Below, piece by piece: positions 37,854 to 48,009 of a stretch of DNA of 64,000 bases. The DNA is from an uncultured Bacteroidales bacterium (lineage in GTDB: Bacteria > Bacteroidota > Bacteroidia > Bacteroidales > VadinHA17), in assembly GCA_963701745.1 (NCBI GenBank), contig CAVPBE010000004.1:88586-152585 (forward strand), given 5' to 3'. Both the position numbers and the translations under genes were made by a program. Under the pieces are notes generated by a model. The model was not told the origin of the DNA and did no database searches. It was given only the letters and a program-made list of their open reading frames with translations. The first letter of the stretch is position 1; every line of letters starts with the position of its first letter.

Positions 37854-39145
37854 CAAATTATCCTTAGTAAATAATAGTTCTTTTTACCTTTCTGGACAAG
37901 AAGGTATTTATTATTGAGGAGCGAATCAGCTCCAATTATCATTTCGGGATTGTCAATTTTGATTTTATTGATGCTCAGCCCCCCTCCCTGAACCAGCCTC
38001 CTCAACTCACCCTTTGATGCAAAAACCTCTGAATATTCAGTGCAGATGTCGGTAACATTCACACCTGACCGGATTATTTCTTTCTTTATATCAAATACCG
38101 GGACACCCTCAAAAACCGAAAGGAATGTATTTTCATTCATCCTTCTGAGCGATTCGGTGGTTCCTCTTCCGAAGAGTATCTGGGAAGCCTCTACAGCCGA
38201 TTCATACTCATCATGTGAATGAACCATCACTGTCATCTCCTCTGCCAGTCGCTTCTGAAGAGCTCGCTCATGGGGAGCCTTATTATGATCCCTGATGAGC
38301 GATTCAATTTCATGGCGATCCAGAAGCGTGAAAATTTTAATATACCTGGCCGCATCCTCATCAGAGACATTAAGCCAGAACTGGTAAAACTGGTAAGGAG
38401 ATGTCTTTTCAGGGTCAAGCCAGACGTTGCCTGATTCTGTTTTTCCAAATTTTGATCCGTCCGACTTTGTTATAAGCGGGCATGTCATCGCAAAGGCTTC
38501 TCCTCCTGTTTTGCGTCTGATCAGCTCGGTGCCGGTAACAATATTGCCCCACTGGTCCGAACCGCCCATCTGAAGTTTGCATCCGAGCTCTTTATAGAGA
38601 TGAAGGAAATCGGTTCCCTGGACAAGCTGGTATGAAAATTCCGTAAAAGACATTCCTTCCTTCGAATCAGCCCCGAGTCTTTTCTTTACAGAATCCTTCG
38701 ACATCATGTAATTCACTGTGATGTGTTTGCCGATATCACGGATAAATCCCAGGAATGAGTATTCCTTCATCCAGTCGTAATTATTCACCATGATGGCTCT
38801 GTTTTTCCTTTCTCCGGAAAAATCAAGGAACCTCGAAAGCTGTTTTTTTATGCCCTCTTCATTTTTTCTGAGGGTTGCCTCATCGAGAAGATTCCTTTCT
38901 TCCGACTTGCCTGAAGGATCTCCTATCATGCCGGTGGCACCGCCAACAAGGGCGACAGGAACATGTCCTGACCTCTGGAAATGAACGAGAAGCATTACCT
39001 GCACCATATGGCCTATATGCAATGAATCGGCGGTCGGATCAAATCCGATATATCCTTTTGTGATTTCCTTTCCGAGCAATTCTTCTGTTCCAGGCATGAT
39101 ATCATGGATCATGCCTCTCCATTTCAGTTCTTCGACAAAATTCAT
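37853..39145 (-). CDS. tyrS: Tyrosine--tRNA ligase
   Basis: HIGH-type motif (SLHIGHMV), KMSKS-type motif (KFGKT) and a C-terminal S4 domain. Confidence 0.95.
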   Translation of the reverse strand: MNFVEELKWRGMIHDIMPGTEELLGKEITKGYIGFDPTADSLHIGHMVQVMLLVHFQRSGHVPVALVGGATGMIGDPSGKSEERNLLDEATLRKNEEGIKKQLSRFLDFSGERKNRAIMVNNYDWMKEYSFLGFIRDIGKHITVNYMMSKDSVKKRLGADSKEGMSFTEFSYQLVQGTDFLHLYKELGCKLQMGGSDQWGNIVTGTELIRRKTGGEAFAMTCPLITKSDGSKFGKTESGNVWLDPEKTSPYQFYQFWLNVSDEDAARYIKIFTLLDRHEIESLIRDHNKAPHERALQKRLAEEMTVMVHSHDEYESAVEASQILFGRGTTESLRRMNENTFLSVFEGVPVFDIKKEIIRSGVNVTDICTEYSEVFASKGELRRLVQGGGLSINKIKIDNPEMIIGADSLLNNKYLLVQKGKKNYYLLRII

Positions 39146-39187
39146 AGACCATTATTTTATTCAGAACTGCAAATATAGCAAAGAGGG

Positions 39188-39724
39188 TTAAATCGTGGTC
39201 CCTTCAGGTTTCTTTTTAAGCCTGTCGAAACTATGGTCAAAACTCCCTTCCCCTATAATAGGGAATATAGCAGGAGCTATATCAGCTATCGGATTATAAA
39301 GCCTGGAATCTTCTATCTGTTTTCTTGGAAGAAAATGATGCTTTGCATCGATGGCATTAAGCACCGTAAATATCACGCTCAGGATCAGGGCAGTCTTAAA
39401 CACACCAAAAACAAGTCCGAGAAGGGAGTTCAGAACTCCGAGGGAGATCTTATCAACAAATTTGTCGACCATCAATCCGATGAAATGTATTACTATAACT
39501 ATGATGATAAATGTTATCAGGAAAGCAATTATCCCGACATACTGGCCGGTCATATCAAAATAATCATAGAGTCTTCCGGCAGTGAAAGTGGAGAATTTAA
39601 TTGCTCCCCAGATTCCCAATATAAGTGCAAGCAGTGATGCAAGTTCTTTTATGAATCCGTTTATAAAACCTCGTGCCAGTCCGAATACAAGGAGGATTAT
39701 TATAATAAAGTCGATCCAGTTCAT
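39188..39724 (-). CDS. cvpA: CvpA family membrane protein
   Basis: MNWIDFIIIILLVFGLARGFINGFIKEL and four TM helices. Confidence 0.85.
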   Translation of the reverse strand: MNWIDFIIIILLVFGLARGFINGFIKELASLLALILGIWGAIKFSTFTAGRLYDYFDMTGQYVGIIAFLITFIIIVIVIHFIGLMVDKFVDKISLGVLNSLLGLVFGVFKTALILSVIFTVLNAIDAKHHFLPRKQIEDSRLYNPIADIAPAIFPIIGEGSFDHSFDRLKKKPEGTTI

Positions 39725-39780
39725 AATTGGTTTATTTAGAGGATGAAAATAAGAAAGATTGGGGACTTAACAAAATACAT

Positions 39781-39852
39781 GGTATGAGGTGTGGGGTACG
39801 GGGTATGGGGGTATTCTGACTGCACGACTGCATGACCGCATGACTGCAAGAC
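39781..39852. repeat. Two adjacent octamer-period tracts: (GGGGTAYG)-like, then (GACTGCAY)x4
   Basis: GGTATGAGGTGTGGGGTACGGGGTATGGGGGTAT is followed by GACTGCAC GACTGCAT GACCGCAT GACTGCAA GAC. Confidence 0.85.
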
Positions 39853-39901
39853 AAATCAAAGAATTTGCAATGACAAAAAAAACCTGTATTTTTGCAATCC
39901 C

Positions 39902-39973
39902 GGTCCCATAGTTCAATGGATAGAACGGAGGTTTCCTAAACCTTAAATTCAGGTTCGATTCCTGGTGGGACTA
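39902..39973 (+). tRNA. tRNA-Arg (anticodon CCU)
   Basis: Cloverleaf: GGTCCCA-TA-GTTC-AATGGATA-GAAC-G-GAGGT-TTCCTAA-ACCTT-AAAT-TCAGG-TTCGATT-CCTGG-TGGGACT-A. The anticodon is CCT. Confidence 0.88.
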
Positions 39974-39977
39974 CAAA

Positions 39978-40012
39978 ATACCCCTTATATACTGATGATA
40001 TATAAGGGGTAT
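39978..40012 (+). terminator. Intrinsic terminator after tRNA-Arg
   Basis: Perfect 14-bp stem ATACCCCTTATATA / TATATAAGGGGTAT with loop CTGATGA, followed by ATTTTCC. Confidence 0.7.
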
Positions 40013-40196
40013 ATTTTCCATATGGCACGTTTGAATGACGTTACACAATAAAAGAACATTCCTTTTTTAAAATATTTCTTTGTTTAGAAGTTATCGTATT
40101 GAATCTGCAATAGAAATCAGGACAATTTTAAAAAGCTGTAATTACTGATTATATGCAGCTGATTAGTGCTAACTTTATAATCTAACCTTTACCTTC

Positions 40197-41717
40197 ATGA
40201 TTATGCAAAATTTTAACTATAAGAAATTCGGTTTCCTATTGTTGATCCTTAGTCTTGCCTTAATATGGCATTCCTGTATTAAAGACCAGAAAGTATATAT
40301 AAATGAAAATGATTTTCGCGACAAAGTCTATGCCTGCTGGCTGGGGAAAAATATAGGTGGTACATTGGGAATGCCATTTGAGGGTGATACCAATATTCAT
40401 GATATAAACTTTTTTACAAAGCTGAAAGAAGGAGAACCCGCTGCTAATGATGATCTCGATCTTCAGATCCTATGGCTTAAAGCTATGCAGGAAAATGAAG
40501 CACATGTGGATGCCTTCACCCTGGGAGAATATTGGCTGAAATATGTGCCCGTAAACTGGAATGAATATGGTATAGGAAAGACAAACATGCGGTTAGGACT
40601 AAAGCCTCCTGTATCGGGTGAATTCAATAATGCCAGGTGGAAAAATAGTAATGGAGCCTGGATCCGCTCAGAAATTTGGGCATGTCTATTCCCGGGCAAT
40701 CCAATGATGGCGGCTAAAATGGCCAGAGAGGATGCCTGCGTGGATCATGGTATGGCTGAAGGAACTTATGCAGAAATATTTACTGCCTCAATTGAATCAG
40801 CTGCTTTTCTTGAATCTGATCGTGATAGCCTGATCAGTTTTGGTCTGGCGATGATCCCTCCTGAATGCCGTGTAGCCAGAGCCGTACGCACTGCAGTCCA
40901 GGCTAAAAAAGAAGGAAAGGACTGGAAAGAAGCACGTCAGGCTGTAATCAAGGATACAGAGGATATGGGCTGGTTCCAGGCACCACGTAATGTTTCTTTT
41001 ACAATAATTGGCTGGCTGTATGGGGAGAATGATTTTGGGAAATCTATTTGTATAGCCATAAATTGTGGAGATGATACAGATTGCACTGGCGCGACCCTGG
41101 CTTCAATTTTTGGCATTATCGGGGGCACAAAAGCCATCCCGGAAATATGGCGTAAACCTATTGGGAAGAAAATCGCTACAGTCGCAATTGCCGGATTTGA
41201 AGCGCCGGCAACTCTGGATGTGTTGACCGATAGCACAGTTAAAATGACAAAAAAAGTATTGTCCAAATATAGCTTACCTGTCATGATCGGCCCTGAAAAA
41301 TCAAACCTGCCTGATCAAAAACAATTACTCAGACCGGATAAAGATGAACTGGAAAAACTCTGGAATCTATCACCATGGCGCGTAGCAAGGCACAATAATG
41401 ATTGGGTAATTATTTTTGATTATTTGCAGGAACCATTTATACAGGAAACTATGGAACGTAACCTGACCGTATCAGTTTCAAATGTTACAGGTAACAGGGA
41501 ATTATATAAGTTAGAAATTACTGGCGTGCCTGAAAAATGGGAGATTTCGGGATTACCGGCTGATACATTTGGAGTAGAAAAGGAAGGGAAGAAGACTCTA
41601 GATCTGTCAATCATGGCAAATGCAATATCATCTGACACCATAAGATTAGGTTTATTACTTACAAGAGGACCTGATTCAGATAGCATTCCGTTCACTTTGT
41701 TTAAGAAGAAACTTTAG
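40197..41717 (+). CDS. ADP-ribosylglycohydrolase family lipoprotein with an extra C-terminal domain
   Basis: Lipobox LIWHSC. ACWLGKNIGGTLGMPFEG, DDLDLQILWL and NCGDDTDCTGATLASIFG are ARH-family metal-site contexts. Confidence 0.8.
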   Translation: MIMQNFNYKKFGFLLLILSLALIWHSCIKDQKVYINENDFRDKVYACWLGKNIGGTLGMPFEGDTNIHDINFFTKLKEGEPAANDDLDLQILWLKAMQENEAHVDAFTLGEYWLKYVPVNWNEYGIGKTNMRLGLKPPVSGEFNNARWKNSNGAWIRSEIWACLFPGNPMMAAKMAREDACVDHGMAEGTYAEIFTASIESAAFLESDRDSLISFGLAMIPPECRVARAVRTAVQAKKEGKDWKEARQAVIKDTEDMGWFQAPRNVSFTIIGWLYGENDFGKSICIAINCGDDTDCTGATLASIFGIIGGTKAIPEIWRKPIGKKIATVAIAGFEAPATLDVLTDSTVKMTKKVLSKYSLPVMIGPEKSNLPDQKQLLRPDKDELEKLWNLSPWRVARHNNDWVIIFDYLQEPFIQETMERNLTVSVSNVTGNRELYKLEITGVPEKWEISGLPADTFGVEKEGKKTLDLSIMANAISSDTIRLGLLLTRGPDSDSIPFTLFKKKL

Positions 41718-41861
41718 AATCTTCATTCTGAATAGTCTGACTTCTTAAGGTTACCAAAACTCCTGATATCATTGATTTAGCTGAAGATTAACGATAGCTT
41801 GACTTTGTTATCAGGATAGCATAACTTTACTCGTATAAACTGATAACTTCTTTTTAAGCTG

Positions 41862-43898
41862 ATGGCAATCTGGACCACGGAAATAAAAGAGATTGAGAAA
41901 CTTTATGAATCTTTCAAAGGTCAGTTTCCTGAACTGGAGAAGGAACTGGGACATCTGATAAAAACTGAAGACGTAAATGTTATCCTGCTCTATTCAAGAA
42001 GATGCCTTGAGATTATCATTACTGATCTTTGCGAATGTGAGTTAAAAAGACCAAGAAAGACTGAACCTCTGAAAGGTATAATTGATAAGCTGCATAAGGA
42101 GGAAAAGGTCCCTTCCCACATAATTTCTTCTATGCATGGTCTGAATGAACTTTCTACCTATGGTGCACATCCTAAAGACTTTGACCCCGAACAGGTAAAA
42201 CCAGTTCTTGTTAATCTTGAAATAATCATAAAATGGTATCTGAAATATAAGGAGACCAGAATAGAGACTAAAACAAAGCCGGATGAAGAGATAAAGCATG
42301 AAATTAAAAATCCTGAAGAATTAACAAAGAGTATCCATATTCCAAATAAAAGAATGGTAGTTATACTCTCAGGAATATTATTTCTTGCTACTGTTGTAGT
42401 TGCAGTTTTGTTCTTTACTAATATCATCGGAATTAGCAAACAAACAAAAGAAAGAGAAAAATCTATTGCAGTATTGCCATTTCGTACTTTTAGTGGAGAT
42501 CCGAATCAGGAAATTATGAGCGATGCTCTGACGAATGAGATAATTAATCATCTATATAAAATTAAGTCCTTTGAAAGAGTTGTTCCATTTCTTTCAGTAC
42601 TGGCGTATAAAAAACCATATAAAAAGTACATTCTTGTTGCTGATGAACTAAATGTGAATTATATTCTGGATGGTACTTATCAGAGAATCGGAGATTCATT
42701 GAAGATTACTGCTAACCTTATTGAACCCAAAGCAGATAAGTATATATGGCAAAATGAATATAAAGAAGCATATAAAGAAATAATTTCCATACTATCAGAT
42801 ATAGCAATCCAGATTGCTTCTCATGTTAATGCATTTTTGACAGTTCCTGAAAAACAGGACATACTAAAAAAACCAACTAACAATCAGGAATCATACGATT
42901 TATTGCAACAGGCAATAATTAAACATTACAAAGCCTTAGGTGACCCAAATGTTCAGATAACTGATTCATACTTTGAAAAATGTAAGAATTTAGCTTTGAA
43001 AGCTGTTGAATTAGATGTGAATTATGCAGACGCATATGCATGGGCAGGTTTATTTTCAGTAAGTGCGGGTGCATATGCAGGGAATAAAGAGATGTCGGTT
43101 GCAGTAATGGAGGCTTTGCCTTTCGTTGAAAAAGCTTTGGAATTGGATCAAAATAATTCGCAAGCCCATTTTACTATGGCTAACATTAATGAATGGGGTC
43201 TATGGGATTATATTAAAGCTGAAAAAGAATACCTTAAAGTCTTTGAACTGGCGCCAAACAAATCTCAAAACTATTCTTCGATTGGTGAGTTCTTTTTAAA
43301 AATGAATCAGCTGAATAAAGCAATATTCTTCTCAAAAAAAGCTTTTGAATATGAATTAATTGATCCTACCTCCGTGCTGATAGAAACATTAATATTATCA
43401 GGAAATAAAAGGGAGGCTTTTAATACTATTGAAAATTATTTGAAATCAGGGCGAAATCTGGATTATCAAAGGGTAGGAGAATGCTTCATTTGGATGGAAG
43501 AATATGATTCAGCAAGATTTTACCTTGAAACGGCGCTTAAATCTAAAGTACCGGAAATGTCAGTACCAAGGTTTCAAGCATGTCTGGCATTTGCATATTA
43601 CAAAACAAAAAATCCTCATGAAGCCCAGACAATTATAGGTAAGCTTATAAATAAAAGCAAAGAAACAGCTGCCGGGAGTCCGGACTATTTTCTCGGTTGG
43701 TATTATAGCAGGATGGCAAAAATGGATTCAGCTTTTTACTGGCTTGAAAGAGCTTACAAGAACCGAAGTGCAGAAATGCCTTGGTTAAAAGTTGATCCTG
43801 CGTTTAGAAGTTTAAAAAATAACGATCGTTACTGGGATCTATATAAGAGAACTGGACATAAAGCCTATGATGATTACAGGGCAAGCTTGAAGGAATAG
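41862..43898 (+). CDS. DUF4145 - TM - TolB_N-like - TPR membrane protein
   Basis: The N-terminus (RRCLEIIITDLCE...LKGIIDKLHKEEKVPSHIISSMHGLNELSTYGAHP) fits the DUF4145 pattern. A TM helix (MVVILSGILFLATVVVAVLFF) follows, then SIAVLPFRTFSGDPNQEIMSDALTNEIINHL and TPR repeats. Confidence 0.75.
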   Translation: MAIWTTEIKEIEKLYESFKGQFPELEKELGHLIKTEDVNVILLYSRRCLEIIITDLCECELKRPRKTEPLKGIIDKLHKEEKVPSHIISSMHGLNELSTYGAHPKDFDPEQVKPVLVNLEIIIKWYLKYKETRIETKTKPDEEIKHEIKNPEELTKSIHIPNKRMVVILSGILFLATVVVAVLFFTNIIGISKQTKEREKSIAVLPFRTFSGDPNQEIMSDALTNEIINHLYKIKSFERVVPFLSVLAYKKPYKKYILVADELNVNYILDGTYQRIGDSLKITANLIEPKADKYIWQNEYKEAYKEIISILSDIAIQIASHVNAFLTVPEKQDILKKPTNNQESYDLLQQAIIKHYKALGDPNVQITDSYFEKCKNLALKAVELDVNYADAYAWAGLFSVSAGAYAGNKEMSVAVMEALPFVEKALELDQNNSQAHFTMANINEWGLWDYIKAEKEYLKVFELAPNKSQNYSSIGEFFLKMNQLNKAIFFSKKAFEYELIDPTSVLIETLILSGNKREAFNTIENYLKSGRNLDYQRVGECFIWMEEYDSARFYLETALKSKVPEMSVPRFQACLAFAYYKTKNPHEAQTIIGKLINKSKETAAGSPDYFLGWYYSRMAKMDSAFYWLERAYKNRSAEMPWLKVDPAFRSLKNNDRYWDLYKRTGHKAYDDYRASLKE

Positions 43899-44022
43899 CC
43901 AATAAATTATTATATTCAAAGGGAAGTAGAAGTCAAATACAATGAAAAGCATGCAAGAGTGAGAAATGGCTTGAAGTGCAGAGGATGCTACAATTATTAT
44001 CAAACTCAACTATTAGACCTTA

Positions 44023-45942
44023 ATGTCAGAAAGTCCCAATAAGTTGATCAAGTTTTGGCAAGAGTTGAAAAGACGGAAAGTCTTCAGCGTAGCTACTACT
44101 TATGCTGCGACTGCGTATATTATAATTGAAGTAACAAACAACCTCGCTATCCCATTAAATCTGCCGGCTTGGATTCCAACAACGGTAATATTATTGCTTA
44201 TTGCAGGATTACCGGTCGCAATTATTCTGTCATGGATATTTGATTTCACACCAAAAGGGATAAAGAAAACAGAATCAGTTCAAGAATCAGAAGACAAAAC
44301 AACGGTTGTAAAACCTTATAAAAGAAAACTGAGACCAAGTTATGCTCTAAATGCTGTTCTGATTATAGCTGTAATAATACTGGCCTACCCTAAAATATTC
44401 AAACGGGACCCTTTGGTAAAACTACGATCATCAGGAGAACGGATTTCTGTTGTGGTAATGCCGTTTCAAAACATGACTAATGATACAATCTGGGATATCT
44501 GGCAAGATGGGATTCAAAATGAATTAATCAATTCTCTTTCAAACTCTGAAGAATTAAAAATCAGACAGACAGAATCTATAAACGGCTTGATTAAAAGCAA
44601 AGGTCTGACTAATTACGCATCAATAACACCTTCTCTAGCCAGTTCTTTTTCACAAAAACTCAATGCAAAAGTCTTAATCTTTGGCAGTATAAAACAAGCT
44701 AATACCTTAATTCGTGTAAACGTACAATTAATTGATTCAAAAACAGAAGAGGTTTTTAAATCGTTTCAGATTGAAGGTTCCTCTAATGAAGAGAACATAT
44801 TTCATATCATTGATTCACTTACTATGGTGGTAAAGAATTTCCTTATAATATCTAAATTGGAAAGGGAAGTTTCTCCGGACTATCGAAACAGCATATCTAC
44901 AAACTCTTCAGAAGCATACAGGTGTTTTGTTTACGGACAAAATGCCTTTATGAAAAGGGATTATCCCTCGGCTGTGAAATTATATTCACAAGCAATAGCT
45001 ATTGATTCTAATTTTTTATTAGCAGCATCAATGCTTCCTTTCGCCTACGCTAATCAAGGTTTGTATGTTCAGGCTAAAAAATGGTGTCTCAAGGTGTATG
45101 AAAAAAAAGAACACATGTCCATAATGCAAAAGGCCCACACGAATTGGATGTATGCATTTTATTTTGAAACACCGTTTGAAGAAATTAAGTACTTAAAGCA
45201 GGAACTGGAAGTTGATAATCAATTGCCAGTTCATTATTATGAATTAGGACGTGTTTACAACAATCTCTACCAATATGATAAATCAATACCTGTTTTTAAG
45301 AAAGCACTTGACATATATAAAAGATGGGGTTCAAAACCAATGTGGGTTTTTAACTATATAATACTTGGATACGCATATCAGGAAACCGGCCAGTACAAAA
45401 AAGAAAAGAAGATTTATAAAAAAGCAGAGCATGATTTTCCTGATGATCCGGATCTAAATTCATGGCAAGCTATCTTGTTTTTAACCGAAAGAGACACAGT
45501 CAAAGCAAATAAATATATTAACAAATACATTTCTTCCTGTAAAGAAAATTCATTTTCTGATGCATATGTTGCAACCGAACTGGCTTATATGTACCATGAG
45601 GCAGGCATCCTGGATAAATCAGAGTACTATTATCGTCAGGCACTTTTACTGGAACCTGAGTTTTCTGTTCGGTTGAATAACCTTTCTTATTTTCTGATTG
45701 ATAACAACCGGAATTTTGATGAAGGTTTGGAACTCATTAATAATGCTTTAAAATCAAGTCCTGATAATTATAGTTATCTGCATACCAAAGGTTGGGGACT
45801 ATATAAACAGGGGAAATATAAAGAAGCTCTCGAGATCCTCAATAAAAGTTGGGATTTGAAACCTATATATGATCATGATATATTCCTTCATCTCGAAGCA
45901 GCAAAAAAGGCTGTTGCCAGTCAAAAGCGGACCGACAGTTAA
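44023..45942 (+). CDS. TM - TolB_N-like - TPR membrane protein (paralog of the upstream gene without DUF4145)
   Basis: FWQELKRRKVFSVATTYAATAYIIIEV, TM helices, ISVVVMPFQNMTNDTIWDIWQDGIQNELINSL, then multiple TPRs. Confidence 0.75.
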   Translation: MSESPNKLIKFWQELKRRKVFSVATTYAATAYIIIEVTNNLAIPLNLPAWIPTTVILLLIAGLPVAIILSWIFDFTPKGIKKTESVQESEDKTTVVKPYKRKLRPSYALNAVLIIAVIILAYPKIFKRDPLVKLRSSGERISVVVMPFQNMTNDTIWDIWQDGIQNELINSLSNSEELKIRQTESINGLIKSKGLTNYASITPSLASSFSQKLNAKVLIFGSIKQANTLIRVNVQLIDSKTEEVFKSFQIEGSSNEENIFHIIDSLTMVVKNFLIISKLEREVSPDYRNSISTNSSEAYRCFVYGQNAFMKRDYPSAVKLYSQAIAIDSNFLLAASMLPFAYANQGLYVQAKKWCLKVYEKKEHMSIMQKAHTNWMYAFYFETPFEEIKYLKQELEVDNQLPVHYYELGRVYNNLYQYDKSIPVFKKALDIYKRWGSKPMWVFNYIILGYAYQETGQYKKEKKIYKKAEHDFPDDPDLNSWQAILFLTERDTVKANKYINKYISSCKENSFSDAYVATELAYMYHEAGILDKSEYYYRQALLLEPEFSVRLNNLSYFLIDNNRNFDEGLELINNALKSSPDNYSYLHTKGWGLYKQGKYKEALEILNKSWDLKPIYDHDIFLHLEAAKKAVASQKRTDS

Positions 45943-46009
45943 GATCCCGCAAGGCTAGAATAGGGAGGGGCCTGAATGCAGAGTTGGATTTAGAGATTTT
46001 GGGATTACA

Positions 46010-46041
46010 ACAAAAAAGCCCCCGGCTGATTCCGAGGGCTG
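46010..46041 (-). terminator. Intrinsic terminator, possibly bidirectional, between convergent genes
   Basis: AGCCCCCGG-N6-CCGAGGGCT stem with one mismatch. On the minus strand it is followed by TTTTTTG. Confidence 0.6.
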
Positions 46042-46069
46042 AAAATAAAGTATATTTTTTAATAGCTAA

Positions 46070-47353
46070 TCAATTCTTAATACATCGCACAGATAATCCC
46101 ATCATATCCCATAAGTTGCTTTGTAGACAATTACTACTACCACCAGTCATCTGCCAATTATATCCGGCAATATGATCGAAAACCGGATCCATAGGGTACA
46201 CCGTAGACGTCCAATACCAACCATAATATCCAAGCAGATAGAAGGTACCATCCCCTAACCCAGAACCACGGTAACCTCCGGGAAGTGCTGTGAAACCAGA
46301 TTCGTTGGTTGCGCCGACATTTTGATCAAGCCAATGAGCAGTACCAGCTTCTTTAAGCTTGCCGCCTGCAACATCAATGCCTCCAAGGTATGTGACTAAG
46401 GTGGTCCAATCTTCAAGGGTGGCTACATGCCAGCCTGTTGGACATAGTTTACTTGATTTCGCTGCAAACCAGTTGTATAATGCGCCATAAGGAGTTTTGT
46501 TTGCTATATCATTATTAAACCAACAATAAGCATCTGTTTGTAAATTACCCCATGTATATTCAGTTACATTAGGTATTGCTGCACCATCATTATATTTGGT
46601 TGTTTTAAGGTTCTCAACCATCCAAACCTGTGTACCAATAGTTACAGTTGAATAAAGGTTACCATCAGCATCTTTAAGTTGCTCTGTCGTAAATGATTTT
46701 TCATCTCCATAAGCGGTGCCTGCACTATTATTGGCATAGGCTCTGTAATAATATTTTGTATTAGCATTTAATCCGGTAAGGTTACTCGTAAAGGTACCTG
46801 TGGTTCCTGTCTCAGTTGTATGCAAACCGGTAGCCAAGGGAGCTGTTGCTGAACTCCAGCATAAGCCTCTTGCTGTGATTGCTCCCCCTCCATCTGATGT
46901 AATGTTACCACCTGAAACAGCAGTTGTCTGGGTAACTGACGTAGCAGTTGTAGTTGTCAGAGTTGCAAGCAGTACAGGATTTGAACTGAATGAAACTTCG
47001 CTGCCATATGCAATACCTTCACTATTAGTTGCATATGCCCTGACATAATAGGTTGTGCCGGGTGTTAATCCGGTTATACTGCTTGTAAAATTACCTGTTC
47101 CTGTCCCATCACTTGTCTTACTGGAACCGGTTGTCGGATTCTGCGAAGTACCCCAGCAGACTCCTCTTGCCGTAACGTCAACGTTCCCATCGTCTGTCAC
47201 ATTTCCCCCTGAAGTTGCAGTAACCTGTGTAATTCCAGTTACACTTGCGGTTGTCACAACTGCCAGAGTTGGTTTCGGTTTACAGGAAATAAAACATAGT
47301 GTTAATCCTGTTAAAAGAACGTGAATTAAGAGAATTCTAAATGAGCGATTCAT
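46070..47353 (-). CDS. FISUMP (Fibrobacter succinogenes major paralogous) domain lipoprotein with two N-terminal Ig/Fn3-like repeats
   Basis: Lipobox LCFISC. The duplicated module is GGN(V/I)T.DGG..(V/I)TARG.CW....P......T......G.F...(I/L)TGL...T.YY.RAYA.N..G.AYG. The FISUMP core is QVWMVENLK, YGALYNW, CPTGWHV, GFTALPGGYR and SVRCIK. Confidence 0.88.
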   Translation of the reverse strand: MNRSFRILLIHVLLTGLTLCFISCKPKPTLAVVTTASVTGITQVTATSGGNVTDDGNVDVTARGVCWGTSQNPTTGSSKTSDGTGTGNFTSSITGLTPGTTYYVRAYATNSEGIAYGSEVSFSSNPVLLATLTTTTATSVTQTTAVSGGNITSDGGGAITARGLCWSSATAPLATGLHTTETGTTGTFTSNLTGLNANTKYYYRAYANNSAGTAYGDEKSFTTEQLKDADGNLYSTVTIGTQVWMVENLKTTKYNDGAAIPNVTEYTWGNLQTDAYCWFNNDIANKTPYGALYNWFAAKSSKLCPTGWHVATLEDWTTLVTYLGGIDVAGGKLKEAGTAHWLDQNVGATNESGFTALPGGYRGSGLGDGTFYLLGYYGWYWTSTVYPMDPVFDHIAGYNWQMTGGSSNCLQSNLWDMMGLSVRCIKN

Positions 47354-47482
47354 AAGAGCATTTTTTGATTATGAGAAATTTTGGAAATAGTTTTAATAGC
47401 TATAATAAAGTTAAGCAATGATTTCATAAGAGTCAATTATTTTTTTGAATTGATGGAAATTTTCTTCTCTCTAACTCTATAA

Positions 47483-47516
47483 AACAAAAAAGCCACGGAG
47501 ATGATCCCGTGGGCTG
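47483..47516 (-). terminator. Intrinsic terminator downstream of the small lipoprotein gene
   Basis: The minus strand reads AGCCCACGG-GATCATCT-CCGTGGCT followed by TTTTTTGTTTT. Confidence 0.7.
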
Positions 47517-47550
47517 ATAAATGTCTATTGTTACTTGTTTAATTAAGTCT

Positions 47551-47766
47551 TTACAAGAGCCTGCTATTCTTCCTGTATTTTCTATAGGCCATATTCTTTG
47601 TCCTCATATTGTGTTTTGAGTAGAATGCCTTGTTCCTTGGAAGCTTTAAGTTATCCAGAAGCATAAGCCCTTTTAACTCGCCCTGACTTTTCCTGCTGGT
47701 TGCGCAGCTTGTAAATGCTGCGGCAAACACAAGCAATATAAGAATGGTAATGAATATTTTTTTCAT
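47551..47766 (-). CDS. Small hypothetical lipoprotein
   Basis: MKKIFITILILLVFAAAFTSC lipobox. 71 aa and basic. Confidence 0.55.
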   Translation of the reverse strand: MKKIFITILILLVFAAAFTSCATSRKSQGELKGLMLLDNLKLPRNKAFYSKHNMRTKNMAYRKYRKNSRLL

Positions 47767-48009
47767 CCTGCCGTATTTTGATTATCTGTTCACTGTATCA
47801 TTAGCAAATAATCAATCATTTAGTCTTTTATACGTAATTTCTTAAAAAAAGTTCCCTCAATTTTATTTTAATAAGCAATTGTAGCTGAAATATGCCCAAA
47901 AGGATCAGTTCTGGTCAGAGGAAATAAGGAAATCCTTCGGATTATTTCAATTCCGATAGGGACATCCTTCGGTATAACGGTCTTACCACAAAGAGGGAGA
48001 TATTGACTG

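Noticed and set aside
45984-46175. 63-aa ORF spanning the terminator and the 3' end of the FISUMP gene
   Set aside because: It overlaps a hairpin terminator and is antisense to a well-supported CDS.
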